Source: an uncultured Bacteroidales bacterium (lineage in GTDB: Bacteria; Bacteroidota; Bacteroidia; Bacteroidales; SZUA-534). From it: a stretch of DNA of 44,693 bases. The stretch spans positions 1-44,693 of the forward strand of contig CAYQPP010000002.1 in assembly GCA_964419235.1 (NCBI GenBank), read 5' to 3'. Made by a program: the position numbers and the translations under genes. A model generated the notes under the pieces. That model was not told the origin of the DNA. It worked only from the letters and a program-made list of their open reading frames with translations, and made no database searches. How positions within the stretch are numbered: position 1 is the first letter of the stretch; every line of letters starts with the position of its first letter. Of this stretch, positions 1 through 10,176 are shown piece by piece.

Positions 1-278
1 TGAAAGTCTCACATTTTATTATTATAAATATTTTTAAATCAACAACTCACACCGTGACTTGCGGATTTAAGAATTTATTGTAATTAAGCAATTTACAAAT
101 TGATGTATTTAATAGTAACTGAATAGTATTTGCAAAACTTTATAAACTTAACACAATTTAGTAATTACCACGCTAACTATTGAGGGGTTATTATTTACAG
201 TTTGTTCCTCCACACCTACTTGTCGATAGTAGGAAAGGATATGATTGAATATCAATTACTTAACTAATATTTAAACAG

Positions 279-1391
279 ATGGAAATAAAACCGAGTAATA
301 CAACAAACTCCACAATATTAGACATGGGTGTCAGGTTGCAAAAGGCTATAAACAAAACGGGCAATGAATACCTTATGCTAAACCGCGGCATAAACTCGGT
401 GGTAAATATAAACCTAAGCCATGTGGTTAAACATATCAACTTTAATTCAAACGACATACAGGTTTACCCGGGAGGCAAAGGTAAAATTGAGCTGCGCAAT
501 GCCATTAACAATGAGTATTTTGCCAACAAAACCAACATCAACAATATTATTGTAACAGGTGGTGGAATCTCGGGCTTAGATATATGCATTCAAAATCTTG
601 ATATTAATGAAATTTTATTGCCCCCGTTTTATTGGGGCACTTATGCTCAGTTGTGCAATTTAAGGAAGCTGCCTTTTTCGAGTTATAAAAATTATCAGCA
701 ATTAAAAACGGCAGCCCCAAAACTCAAGGGCAAAGCCGTAATAATTTGCGACCCCGGCAACCCTTTGGGCGAAAAATACCCCGACAACCAACTTATCGAC
801 TTAATTAATACCCTTAACACAAATGGCGTTACAACTATTTTTGATAGCCCATACAGGCGCCTGTTTTTTGACAGCTCCGACACATTTTATAAAAAGCTGT
901 TGCAGTTTGAAAATGTAATAATTGTTGAGAGTTTTAGCAAATCGTTGGGTTTAAGCGGACAGCGTATTGGTTTTATCCACAGCACTAATAATAATTTTAT
1001 TGGCGAGGCGGCACTACGTATTTTGTATGCTACCAACGGCGTAAATGGTTTTGCGCAAACCTTAATTACAAAATTATTAACCACAAACGAAGGTAAACAG
1101 GCAGTCTCAGATTTTAAACAGAAAACAACTGCTGATATCAGCAAAAACATTGATTTTTTATACCAAAACGGGATATTGGCCAACAACTTTTATAAAGAAT
1201 CGAAGCCTTTGGGTATTTTTTCGGTTGTTAAGTATTCAACCGAACAGCTGTTCAGGCAACGTATAGGGAGTGTAGGATTAGACTATTTTGTAAAAGAGCC
1301 CTTTGAGGGAATAAACAATTATTCGAGGGTTTTAGTATCATATCCAAATAAAAAGTTTGTATCTTTCTTCCAAACTTTATTGAATAAATAA
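279..1391 (+). CDS. PLP-dependent aminotransferase (class I/II fold)
   Basis: 370-aa ORF with ATG start. Pyridoxal-lysine motif SFSKSLGLSGQRIGF (S-x-S-K...G-x-R-x-G). First gene of a co-directional polysaccharide-type gene run. Confidence 0.75.
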   Translation: MEIKPSNTTNSTILDMGVRLQKAINKTGNEYLMLNRGINSVVNINLSHVVKHINFNSNDIQVYPGGKGKIELRNAINNEYFANKTNINNIIVTGGGISGLDICIQNLDINEILLPPFYWGTYAQLCNLRKLPFSSYKNYQQLKTAAPKLKGKAVIICDPGNPLGEKYPDNQLIDLINTLNTNGVTTIFDSPYRRLFFDSSDTFYKKLLQFENVIIVESFSKSLGLSGQRIGFIHSTNNNFIGEAALRILYATNGVNGFAQTLITKLLTTNEGKQAVSDFKQKTTADISKNIDFLYQNGILANNFYKESKPLGIFSVVKYSTEQLFRQRIGSVGLDYFVKEPFEGINNYSRVLVSYPNKKFVSFFQTLLNK

Positions 1392-1405
1392 TAAACTATA
1401 TAACA

Positions 1406-3292
1406 ATGTGTGGCATTACCGGTGTTTATGCTTTTACTAAAAAGGGTGAAACTTATTTTAAAAATGTTGCCAGCTCGGTTAAAACTTTAAAACAGCGAGG
1501 CCCCGATAAGTCGGCTGTTGTAACAAAAGGCAAGGCGTGCCTTGGACATACACGCCTCTCTATTATTGACCTAACCGATGCCGCATCGCAACCTTTTTTT
1601 GATATAACCGGACGATATACCATTATTTTTAACGGCGAAATATACAATTATAAAGAGCTTCGCGAATATTTAATAAAAAAAGGGCTGCCATTAAAAACAA
1701 ATTCCGATACCGAAGTATTATTATATCTGTATATCATTGAAGGTCCCGATTGCTTGAAAAAGCTCAATGGCTTTTTTTCATTTGCCATTCACGATAACCG
1801 CGAAGACACGCTTTTTATTGCCCGCGACAGAATTGGTATAAAGCCCCTGCTTTTTTATATCGATAGAGACAAAATAATGTTTGCTTCAGAAATGAAAGCA
1901 TTGATAGAGTTGGGAATACCAAAAAATTTAGACAAAACATCAATAAGCCAGTATCTGCAATTTAATTTTATTCCGTCGCCAAATACAATTTTTAATAAAG
2001 TAAAAAAAATCAACCCGGGGCATTCGCTATTTATAAAAAACAATCAGGTTAACAACGAGCAGTATTATAAAATAAGCTACAACCGCAGTAAAACAAGTGG
2101 CTTAAGCTATAACGATGCACAAAATAAATTTAAGGAAATACTGCAAGAGTCAATAAAACTCAGGATGGTTGCCGATGTACCGCTCGGTGCCTTTTTAAGC
2201 GGGGGTGTTGACTCATCGGTTATTGTTGCCGAAGCATCAAAGCTAACCGATAAGCTTAACACATTTTCAATTGGATATAAAGATGAGCCTTTTTTTGACG
2301 AAACAAATTATGCCGAACTGGTTGCAAAAAAATATAAAACCAACCATCAGGTTTTTAAGCTTACAAACGACGAGCTTTACGATAACCTGCACAAAGTTTT
2401 AGATTATATTGACGAGCCTTTTGCCGACTCATCGGCGTTGGCAGTGCATATTTTAAGCATGCACACCCGCAAACACGTTACCGTTGCACTATCGGGCGAT
2501 GGCGCCGACGAGCTTTTGTCGGGATACAATAAACATAAAGCGCACTATCAAGCTATACATGGAGGGTTAAGGTCATCGTTAATAAAAATGGGATACCCGT
2601 TATGGAGGGCTATGCCAAAATCGAGAAACGGCAAGGCATCAAATATAATAAGGCAGCTTGAAAAATACGCATCGGGCTTACGTTTAGATGTTAAAGAGAG
2701 GTATTGGAAATGGGCAACATTGCTTTCTGAAGAGCATGCCAATAATTTATTAAATACCCAAACGCTACTCAACAAGCTCAAAATCAGAAAAACCGAAATA
2801 CTAAAGCATATGCTTCGCACACAATCAATAAGCGATGTTTTATATACCGATATGCAATTGGTTTTGGTAAGCGATATGCTGCACAAGGTTGACTCTATGA
2901 GCATGGCAAACAGCCTTGAGATACGCACCCCTTTTTTAGACCATAATTTAGTCGATTTTAGTTTTTCGCTGCACGATTCTTATAAAATAAATTCAAAAAT
3001 GCGAAAGCGTATTTTACAAGATGCATATCGTAACGAGCTTCCGCCTGAAATATACCAACGCCCAAAACATGGTTTTGAGGTACCTCTTATAAAATGGTTT
3101 CAAACCGAGCTAAAAGACGAATTATTTAACAACTATTTGAATGATGATTTTATTCAACACCAAGGTATATTTAACCCAATTGAGATAAAAAAACTGAAAG
3201 AGAGGTTGTTTTCAAAAAACCAGGGCGATATTCAAGCTCATTTATGGGCATTGCTTGTTTTTCAGCATTGGTGGAGAAAATACATTGATTAA
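1406..3292 (+). CDS. asnB: Asparagine synthase (glutamine-hydrolysing) family amidotransferase
   Basis: 628 aa. N-terminal MCGI (Cys2 Ntn-glutaminase nucleophile), PP-loop SGGVDSS, LSGDGADELLSGY segment. Starts 14 nt after the aminotransferase. Confidence 0.9.
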   Translation: MCGITGVYAFTKKGETYFKNVASSVKTLKQRGPDKSAVVTKGKACLGHTRLSIIDLTDAASQPFFDITGRYTIIFNGEIYNYKELREYLIKKGLPLKTNSDTEVLLYLYIIEGPDCLKKLNGFFSFAIHDNREDTLFIARDRIGIKPLLFYIDRDKIMFASEMKALIELGIPKNLDKTSISQYLQFNFIPSPNTIFNKVKKINPGHSLFIKNNQVNNEQYYKISYNRSKTSGLSYNDAQNKFKEILQESIKLRMVADVPLGAFLSGGVDSSVIVAEASKLTDKLNTFSIGYKDEPFFDETNYAELVAKKYKTNHQVFKLTNDELYDNLHKVLDYIDEPFADSSALAVHILSMHTRKHVTVALSGDGADELLSGYNKHKAHYQAIHGGLRSSLIKMGYPLWRAMPKSRNGKASNIIRQLEKYASGLRLDVKERYWKWATLLSEEHANNLLNTQTLLNKLKIRKTEILKHMLRTQSISDVLYTDMQLVLVSDMLHKVDSMSMANSLEIRTPFLDHNLVDFSFSLHDSYKINSKMRKRILQDAYRNELPPEIYQRPKHGFEVPLIKWFQTELKDELFNNYLNDDFIQHQGIFNPIEIKKLKERLFSKNQGDIQAHLWALLVFQHWWRKYID

Positions 3293-3450
3293 TCAATTGA
3301 CCTGCCATACTTGTATAATTAATCTAACATAAATACTTAAATTGCCATATAATTGAATGTTTAATCAAAAGTATTCCTCAAGGCTTTGCCTCGGGGATAG
3401 TCAATTTTAAGAATTTTCTTTATTAGCCCATTTGTAGTATTTATTATAAC

Positions 3451-4647
3451 ATGCCAAAAGTTTTAAGAATTATAAACAGGTTTAATTTAGGTGGTCCTAC
3501 TTACAATGCAGCCTACTTAACAAAATACCTTTCGAGCAATTTTGAGACCATGTTGGTAGGCGGCGTTAAGGAAGGGGCAGAGGGCAGCTCAGAGTATATA
3601 GTTAGGGCACTTGGCATTGACCCTGTTATTATTCCCGAGATGCGCAGGTCGCTTAACCCCACAAATGATTTAATTGCATACCGAAAAATAAGCAGGCTAA
3701 TAAAAAAATTTAAGCCCGATATTGTTCACACCCATGCATCAAAAGCAGGTACTATTGGCCGACTTGCAGCAATACGAAATAAAGTACCAATTATAATCCA
3801 CACATTTCATGGTCATGTTTTTCATTCATATTTTGGTTCATCAAAAACAAATTTCTTCATTAATATCGAACAAGGTTTGGCCAACCAATGCTCAAAAATA
3901 ATTGCCATTAGCGAAAAACAAAAAGAAGAACTCTCGGAGACATATAAAATTGCTGAACCCGAAAAGTTTGAAGTAATTCCATTGGGTTTTGATTTACAGC
4001 GCTTTCAAGATGATGCAAAATTGCGTCGTGATAAATTCAGGAAAGCATACCAAATTGATGATAATGAAGTAGCTATTGGAATTGTAGGGCGTTTAGCACC
4101 TGTAAAAAACCATGAGCTTTTTTTAAAGGCAATAAAAACGGCACAAAATAGCACGCAAAAAAAAATCAGGGCTTTTGTTATAGGCGATGGCGAGTTGATG
4201 GACAGTTTAAAAAACACATGCGAAAATCTCAATCTCGACTTTTTTGCGGCAAATAATGAGCACACAAAAAAAGCCACCGTTACATTTACATCGTGGATAA
4301 AAAATATTGAATCGGCCTACCCGGGATTAGACATTGTTGCTATGACATCGTTAAATGAAGGCACGCCTGTAAGCTTGATTGAGGCGCAGGCTGCAAATAA
4401 ATCTATTATAAGCACAAATGTAGGGGGTATTGAAAATATTGTAATACCGGGAAAAACGGCCACCTTAACAAAAAACAACTGTGTAAATGATTTTTCAGAA
4501 AAACTTACCGAACTAATAAACAACGAGCAGTTAAGGCAACTGTATGAATCAAACGGGTGGGAGCACGTAAAGGATAAGTTTCATTATATGCGACTTGCAA
4601 GCGATATGGAGAATTTATATAATAAGTTATTAAGCGGTAATAAGTAG
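3451..4647 (+). CDS. Glycosyltransferase, GT4-like (GT-B fold)
   Basis: 398 aa. N-terminal RFNLGGPTYNAAYL and HTHASKAG. C-terminal SLNEGTPVSLIEAQAANKSIISTNVGGIENIV (E-x7-E-like region of retaining GT4 enzymes). Confidence 0.75.
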   Translation: MPKVLRIINRFNLGGPTYNAAYLTKYLSSNFETMLVGGVKEGAEGSSEYIVRALGIDPVIIPEMRRSLNPTNDLIAYRKISRLIKKFKPDIVHTHASKAGTIGRLAAIRNKVPIIIHTFHGHVFHSYFGSSKTNFFINIEQGLANQCSKIIAISEKQKEELSETYKIAEPEKFEVIPLGFDLQRFQDDAKLRRDKFRKAYQIDDNEVAIGIVGRLAPVKNHELFLKAIKTAQNSTQKKIRAFVIGDGELMDSLKNTCENLNLDFFAANNEHTKKATVTFTSWIKNIESAYPGLDIVAMTSLNEGTPVSLIEAQAANKSIISTNVGGIENIVIPGKTATLTKNNCVNDFSEKLTELINNEQLRQLYESNGWEHVKDKFHYMRLASDMENLYNKLLSGNK

Positions 4648-4741
4648 GTAGCAATAAAGCTAAAAAAAGAGGTTTGTTATAAATTTTTGACACTTACATC
4701 ATAATTAACAACAAATTAGGCTAATGCTTGTGGAAAATTTA

Positions 4742-4749
4742 TATTTTTG
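4742..4749 (+). promoter_or_regulatory. Candidate Bacteroidota -7 box (TATTTTTG) upstream of the Wza-like gene
   Basis: Matches TAnnTTTG, 14 nt upstream of the ATG at 4763. Motif match only, in AT-rich DNA. Confidence 0.3.
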
Positions 4750-4762
4750 ATAAAAAATAAAC

Positions 4763-5536
4763 ATGCCGATGAGAATTAAACAGCTTATAAGAACAATATC
4801 ATTTTTTATTGTATTGGTTTTAGCCATTACCGGTTGCAAGGTGTTAAATCCGAGCGTAATGTTCAAAACCGATTCGGATTACAAATTTACCGATTTTGAA
4901 AAAGAGGAGAATGAATACATAATAAAACCTTTTGACAAATTAGATGTAAGGATATACACAAATGACGGATATCAATTAATTGATATGGAAAGCTCGGTAA
5001 GGGGCGGGGGTAATAACAACCGTAGCATTAACCCATACTTAGTTGAATACGACGGCTTGGTAAAAGTGCCTACAATTGGCAGGATAAAAGTTTCGGGGCT
5101 AACAATAAAAAAAACCGAAGAGCTGTTTGAGGAAAAATACAGCCAGTATTACCAAAAACCTTTTGTATTGGTAAAAGTTACCAACCGCAGAGTAATCGTA
5201 TTCTCTGCCGGTAGCACAAACGGGACTGTATTAAGCATTGAAAACGAAAAGTTTACACTTATTGAAGCCTTGGCAAAAGCCGGTGGCATCGACGATTTTA
5301 GCAAATCATACAAAATAAAACTATTGCGCGGCAATTTAGAAAACCCCGAAGTTTACATGTATAACATCAGGAGTATCGAGGAGATGAAAAAAACAAATGT
5401 GATACTTCAGGCAAACGATATAATTTATGTTGAAAAAAGGCCGAGATATACCGCCCGTGTTTTAAACGAATTAATGCCGTATATAACACTATTTAACACT
5501 TTTGTTTTACTCTATATTACTGTTCAAGCCTTATAA
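4763..5536 (+). CDS. Polysaccharide export protein (Wza/Poly_export + SLBB-like), lipoprotein
   Basis: 257 aa. Lipobox ITGC. YIIKPFDKLDVRIY and VEYDGLVKVPTIGRIKVSGLTIKKTEELFEEKY match Poly_export signature segments. Sits directly upstream of the Wzc-like gene. Confidence 0.85.
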   Translation: MPMRIKQLIRTISFFIVLVLAITGCKVLNPSVMFKTDSDYKFTDFEKEENEYIIKPFDKLDVRIYTNDGYQLIDMESSVRGGGNNNRSINPYLVEYDGLVKVPTIGRIKVSGLTIKKTEELFEEKYSQYYQKPFVLVKVTNRRVIVFSAGSTNGTVLSIENEKFTLIEALAKAGGIDDFSKSYKIKLLRGNLENPEVYMYNIRSIEEMKKTNVILQANDIIYVEKRPRYTARVLNELMPYITLFNTFVLLYITVQAL

Positions 5537-5539
5537 TTA

Positions 5540-7960
5540 TTGTTTATGCAACAAACAAAAATACCTTTAATAAACGATAAGTTTGATATAGCAATCTTTA
5601 TTCAGATACTTAAAAAGAATTACTGGATTGCTTTAGTCCTAATCCTATTCTCAATTATTGGGGCATTCCTGTATTTACGCTACACACAACCTATTTATAA
5701 TGCCATGAGCATTATACAAATTAACGAAACCAACCGAACTACACGGGTTTTAGACATTGAGGATGTTTATCATAATGATGATATATCGAAAGTAATAGAG
5801 CTTTTGCGTTCAAAGGAATTTATAAAAAGGGCACTAAACAAGCTTAACTTAGATGTTTCGTATTTTGTTGAAGGCACCTTTCTGGCAACAGAACTTTATG
5901 ACCATAGCCCGTTTATTATTGAATGGCAGGCAAACAGCTCGGCAATATATGACAAACCTTATTATATTGAATTTAAAGATATTGAAAATGCAAAAATAAC
6001 AGTATATAGCGGAGATAATGAATTAGAGATAGAGCTTAAAACCAATGAGTGGACAGATATTTCTGGTGGCTCAATACGCTGTCAGCTTACCGACTATAAC
6101 TCAATAGCTTACCAAAAAGAGAACTATAAAGGAAATCGATACTATTTTATTATAAATAATCCGCTAAACATTGTAAACAAACACATTAACAACTTACAGA
6201 TATCGCTGCTTAACAGGTCGGCTCAAACAATTCAGATTATGTATTCGGGGTACAATGCCGAAAAATCGACAAACATAACCAACACTATTGCCGAGGAGTA
6301 CATGAAATACGATGTTGAGGTTAAGAAAGAGAGCGCCGAGAATATCTTAGCTTTTATTGAAGATAGGTTAAAAGTAGTTTACCAAAATCTTGATGAAACA
6401 GAAAGAAAATTACACACCTTTAAAAAGAAGAATAAAATAGACCTTGACCAGTATAGAAATACGGGGTCGCCATTTCCTATTTTTACAACAAAAATTAATG
6501 AATTTGAAGATGAGCTCATAAATCTTGAGTTTGAGCTAACGGCACTTGAGCGCATCAATAAACAAATATCAAATAACGACAACCTGAATATTTATGAACT
6601 GATTGCATCACTTTACGGCACAAAATCAGAGGCCATTGTTGTAAATGTTTTAAATAACTTACAGCAGCTAATGAACGAAAAGGAACAACTATTAAACGAT
6701 ATTACCCCCGACAACCTTAAGATAAAAATACTCGAAAAGCAGATTGAAAACCAAAAGCAGTTGCTTAAAGATTTTATAAGTACTACCATTACAAGGCTAC
6801 AGAATAAAAAGAACGATTACGATAAAAAAATTACAGAATACGAAAAGAAACTATTTGACGATAAAAGCTTTAACGAGTTAGAGTATAGTAAATTAGAACG
6901 GCTCTATACTATTAATGAAGGTTTTTACCATAAGTTGATTGAAAAAAAGGCTGAATACCTTATTTCACAAGCCGGATACGTATCTCAAAATACAATATTA
7001 GAAAAGGCTATGATTCCGCACAGTCCGGTTTCTCCGATTAAAAAAACAACATATCCGGTATTTATACTCGTGGGCTTTTTATTGGGTGCCGGCTATATTT
7101 TGTTTCGATATCTGCTGTACGACGAAATACCATCAATCAATGTAATACAAAACTACACCGATGCCCCCATACTTGGCACTGTCCCCATTTTTAAAAAGGA
7201 TATTCCGGTATCGCAACTGCTGGTTGATAAAAGGCCCAACTCAATTTTTTCAGAAGCATTCAGAACCATTAGGTCAAACTTGCAGTTTATATCGCACGGT
7301 GCCGAGACAAAAATAATTACGGTATCATCAACTATTTCGGGCGAGGGAAAAACATTTGTCGCAATAAACTTGGCAGGCATATTATCAATATCAGGCAAAA
7401 AGGTAATACTGCTCGACCTCGACCTGCGCAAACCCCGAATCCATTTGGGCTTTAACAGTAAAAACGAAAAAGGAATAAGCACCCTGCTGATAGGCAAACA
7501 TACCCTCGATGAATGTATTGAGAAATCTGAACTCCAAAACTTCGATTATATTACTGCCGGGCCAGTTCCGCCTAATCCCGCCGAGTTAGCAGCAGGCAAG
7601 CAAATGGAAAACCTTTTGAATGAGCTTGACGAAATATACGATGTTATTATTATCGACACACCACCGGTTGGCATTGTAACCGATGCACTGTCGAATCTGC
7701 AACGGGCTAATTACCCTATATATGTTATGAAAGCCAACGTTTCAAAACGGCACTATATCGACAATATCAACAACCTTATCGAAAACAAAAAAATGGATAA
7801 CCTCTCAATAGTCTTAAATGGCGTTAATGTGCACAGCCGACGGTACGGTTCGTACGGGTATGGTTATGGTTACGGTTATGGCTCGGGCTATTATACCGAC
7901 GAAGAGGATTCGACCATTGGAAAAAAACTTACTCAAAAACTGCAAAAACTTAAAAAATGA
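5540..7960 (+). CDS. Polysaccharide co-polymerase / tyrosine autokinase (Wzc/GumC-like)
   Basis: 806 aa; the TTG at 5540 or the ATG at 5546 may be the start. N-terminal TM plus a long coiled-coil Wzz-like region and a second TM. Walker A SGEGKTFVAINLA, A' VILLDLDLRKP, Walker B DVIIIDTPP. C-terminal Tyr cluster YGSYGYGYGYGYGSGYY. Confidence 0.85.
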   Translation: MFMQQTKIPLINDKFDIAIFIQILKKNYWIALVLILFSIIGAFLYLRYTQPIYNAMSIIQINETNRTTRVLDIEDVYHNDDISKVIELLRSKEFIKRALNKLNLDVSYFVEGTFLATELYDHSPFIIEWQANSSAIYDKPYYIEFKDIENAKITVYSGDNELEIELKTNEWTDISGGSIRCQLTDYNSIAYQKENYKGNRYYFIINNPLNIVNKHINNLQISLLNRSAQTIQIMYSGYNAEKSTNITNTIAEEYMKYDVEVKKESAENILAFIEDRLKVVYQNLDETERKLHTFKKKNKIDLDQYRNTGSPFPIFTTKINEFEDELINLEFELTALERINKQISNNDNLNIYELIASLYGTKSEAIVVNVLNNLQQLMNEKEQLLNDITPDNLKIKILEKQIENQKQLLKDFISTTITRLQNKKNDYDKKITEYEKKLFDDKSFNELEYSKLERLYTINEGFYHKLIEKKAEYLISQAGYVSQNTILEKAMIPHSPVSPIKKTTYPVFILVGFLLGAGYILFRYLLYDEIPSINVIQNYTDAPILGTVPIFKKDIPVSQLLVDKRPNSIFSEAFRTIRSNLQFISHGAETKIITVSSTISGEGKTFVAINLAGILSISGKKVILLDLDLRKPRIHLGFNSKNEKGISTLLIGKHTLDECIEKSELQNFDYITAGPVPPNPAELAAGKQMENLLNELDEIYDVIIIDTPPVGIVTDALSNLQRANYPIYVMKANVSKRHYIDNINNLIENKKMDNLSIVLNGVNVHSRRYGSYGYGYGYGYGSGYYTDEEDSTIGKKLTQKLQKLKK

Positions 7961-9012
7961 CGCTCGAAATAAAACTGCTTATCTTTTTAATATACACACT
8001 ATTTTTAAGCCTTGCAATGCACAGGTTTTTTGTAATACGTGCCGAGCGCTACAAAATAAAAAAAGCTAACGTTAGTGCCGAGCGGTGGAGCAGCCAAACA
8101 AAGCCCATACTTGGAGGTATTACTTTTTACGGGGCTTTTTTATTTTCGGTTTTAAACTATGTTTTTTTCTTTGACGCAAGCAGCCTGCTTACAAGCCAAG
8201 TGTTTGGGATACTTATTATTATTACCATATCGTTTATGATGGGCTTAGCCGACGATATGCTTAACACCCCTCCGGGTTTTAAATTTATTTTTCAGTTTTT
8301 AAGCGGCATTATATTAATTTATTCAGGTATATATATACAAATATTTGAAGCGCAATGGCTTAACTATTTACTAACACTGTTTTGGGTTGTGGGCATAATG
8401 AATTCGGTTAACATGCTCGATAATATGGATGCAATAACAACATCGGTAAGCTGCACCATTTTGCTTGGTGCCATTGTTGTTCTTTTTGTTACACAACCAT
8501 TTTCGGGCGTATTGTTGGTAATATCGATTGGGGCATTGGCTTCGCTATTAAGTTTTTTGTATTACAACTGGAACCCATCAAAAATGTACATGGGCGATAA
8601 CGGTTCGCAATTTTTAGGGGCACTGTTGGCTATTATTGGCATTCAAGTTTTTTGGAACGGCTCGCAAATGAGTAGTCACCCTGTGTTATACCCTTTTTTA
8701 TTGGCTTTTATGGCTTTTATAATTCCTATTTCAGACACCACAACAGTTACCATAAACAGGCTGCTAAGGGGTAAATCGCCATTTATCGGTGGCCGCGACC
8801 ACACCACACACCACTTATCATATTTAGGATTATCCGATAAAATAGTAGCCCGCATATTTATGCTTATCAATTTACTGTTTGTTGGCTTCTCAACTTATAT
8901 AATACTATTCCCCACAAAAATTGCATTTTCTGTATGGATTCTTGGCATACTGGCACTATTTGTGTTAATTGTACTGTATAGCATTACAAAAATCAGTAAA
9001 CCAAAAGAGTAG
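7957..9012 (+). CDS. Polyprenyl-phosphate sugar-1-phosphate transferase (WecA/MraY, glycosyltransferase family 4)
   Basis: 351 aa polytopic membrane protein. GLADDML, NSVNMLDNMDA and MGDNGSQFLG motifs. ATGA start/stop overlap with the Wzc-like gene. Confidence 0.8.
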   Translation: MTLEIKLLIFLIYTLFLSLAMHRFFVIRAERYKIKKANVSAERWSSQTKPILGGITFYGAFLFSVLNYVFFFDASSLLTSQVFGILIIITISFMMGLADDMLNTPPGFKFIFQFLSGIILIYSGIYIQIFEAQWLNYLLTLFWVVGIMNSVNMLDNMDAITTSVSCTILLGAIVVLFVTQPFSGVLLVISIGALASLLSFLYYNWNPSKMYMGDNGSQFLGALLAIIGIQVFWNGSQMSSHPVLYPFLLAFMAFIIPISDTTTVTINRLLRGKSPFIGGRDHTTHHLSYLGLSDKIVARIFMLINLLFVGFSTYIILFPTKIAFSVWILGILALFVLIVLYSITKISKPKE

Positions 9013-9029
9013 AATGCCATAATGTTTAA

Positions 9030-10001
9030 ATGCAAAATTTTATGAATAGAATAAAAACTGTTATAATTATAGGTGGTGTGGTTGGTGTTTTAAGCTTGCT
9101 ATTTTATGGTTTTTCATCAATTGATAAAGAAACAGAGTTGTCAAAAGATTCAGTTTTATTTAATGAAAAATACTCTATAACACCGGTAAAAATTCCTGAC
9201 AAAGTATATTTTGCGGGAGAAAAAGTGCCAATTGAGAATTTTGACACATACGAAAGCCTCGATAGGGAGATGCTGATTAATACCTATTGGCAATCGCAAA
9301 CACTTATTTTCATAAAAAAGGCACACAGGTATTTTCCTGTAATCGAACCCATTTTAAAAGAAGCCGGCGTACCCGTTGATTTAAAATATATAGCCGTTGC
9401 CGAGAGTGGTTTGGCAAATGTAGTGTCGCCGTCGAATGCGGCCGGTTTTTGGCAGTTTATGAAAGGGGCTGCCCAAGATTATAAGCTTGAGGTAAACGGT
9501 GAGGTTGATGAACGTTACCACCTTGAAAAAGCAACCTTTGCCGCGGCAAATTTTTTAAAAGATTCATATAAAAAATATGGCAGTTGGGCATTGGCGGCTG
9601 CATCATATAATATGGGGCGGCGCAATATATCAAAGCAGATAGAGAAACAAAAATCGAATAATTATTACGACTTGGTATTGGGCGATGAGACAGGCAGGTA
9701 TGTTTTTAGGTTAATTGCCTTAAAGCTTATTTTGGAATCGCCCGAAGAATATGGGTTTACAGTTGGCGAGCATGAAAAATACCCTGAAATACCATTTAGA
9801 ATTGAAATTATTGACTCAACAATTAACAGCATACCCGATTTTGCACATAGCATGGGGATAAACTATAAGGTTTTAAAAGAGCTTAACCCATGGCTGCGCG
9901 AAAACAGGCTTACCAATAAATATAAAAAAACATATCAAATAAAAATTGCCTCAAAAAAATACAGGACAATCCAGCCAAACAAAAACTTTTATGGGGAATA
10001 G
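9030..10001 (+). CDS. Lytic transglycosylase (SLT domain, MltD-like)
   Basis: 323 aa with N-terminal TM anchor. Catalytic-Glu motif AVAESGL, AAGFWQFM, AASYNMG. Confidence 0.8.
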   Translation: MQNFMNRIKTVIIIGGVVGVLSLLFYGFSSIDKETELSKDSVLFNEKYSITPVKIPDKVYFAGEKVPIENFDTYESLDREMLINTYWQSQTLIFIKKAHRYFPVIEPILKEAGVPVDLKYIAVAESGLANVVSPSNAAGFWQFMKGAAQDYKLEVNGEVDERYHLEKATFAAANFLKDSYKKYGSWALAAASYNMGRRNISKQIEKQKSNNYYDLVLGDETGRYVFRLIALKLILESPEEYGFTVGEHEKYPEIPFRIEIIDSTINSIPDFAHSMGINYKVLKELNPWLRENRLTNKYKKTYQIKIASKKYRTIQPNKNFYGE

Positions 10002-10176
10002 TATTATTTTTAGAAATTTAAGCTGGTTTTAATAGCAAGTAAATTTGTTAATTAATTGATTATAAAACAATAACACCATTGCTTTTTGTAAAAATATTTA
10101 CGCCGACACTTTTTAGAGTGGACTAATAATTTACAGTTACGCTTTTTTTATTATTTTTAGAGTTTGTATAATCATT

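Noticed and set aside
4505-4693. 62-aa minus-strand ORF at the 3' end of the GT4 gene. Other 60-90-aa ORFs in the track include 260-457, 695-883, 1453-1647 and 22137-22483.
   Set aside because: They overlap longer motif-supported genes on the opposite strand or in another frame. No independent start context or motif supports them.
7818-8069. 83-aa + strand ORF spanning the Wzc tail and the WecA-like start.
   Set aside because: It is out of frame with, and fully overlapped by, two well-supported genes that are themselves coupled by an ATGA overlap. Its translation is an alternate-frame reading of the Tyr/Gly repeat.
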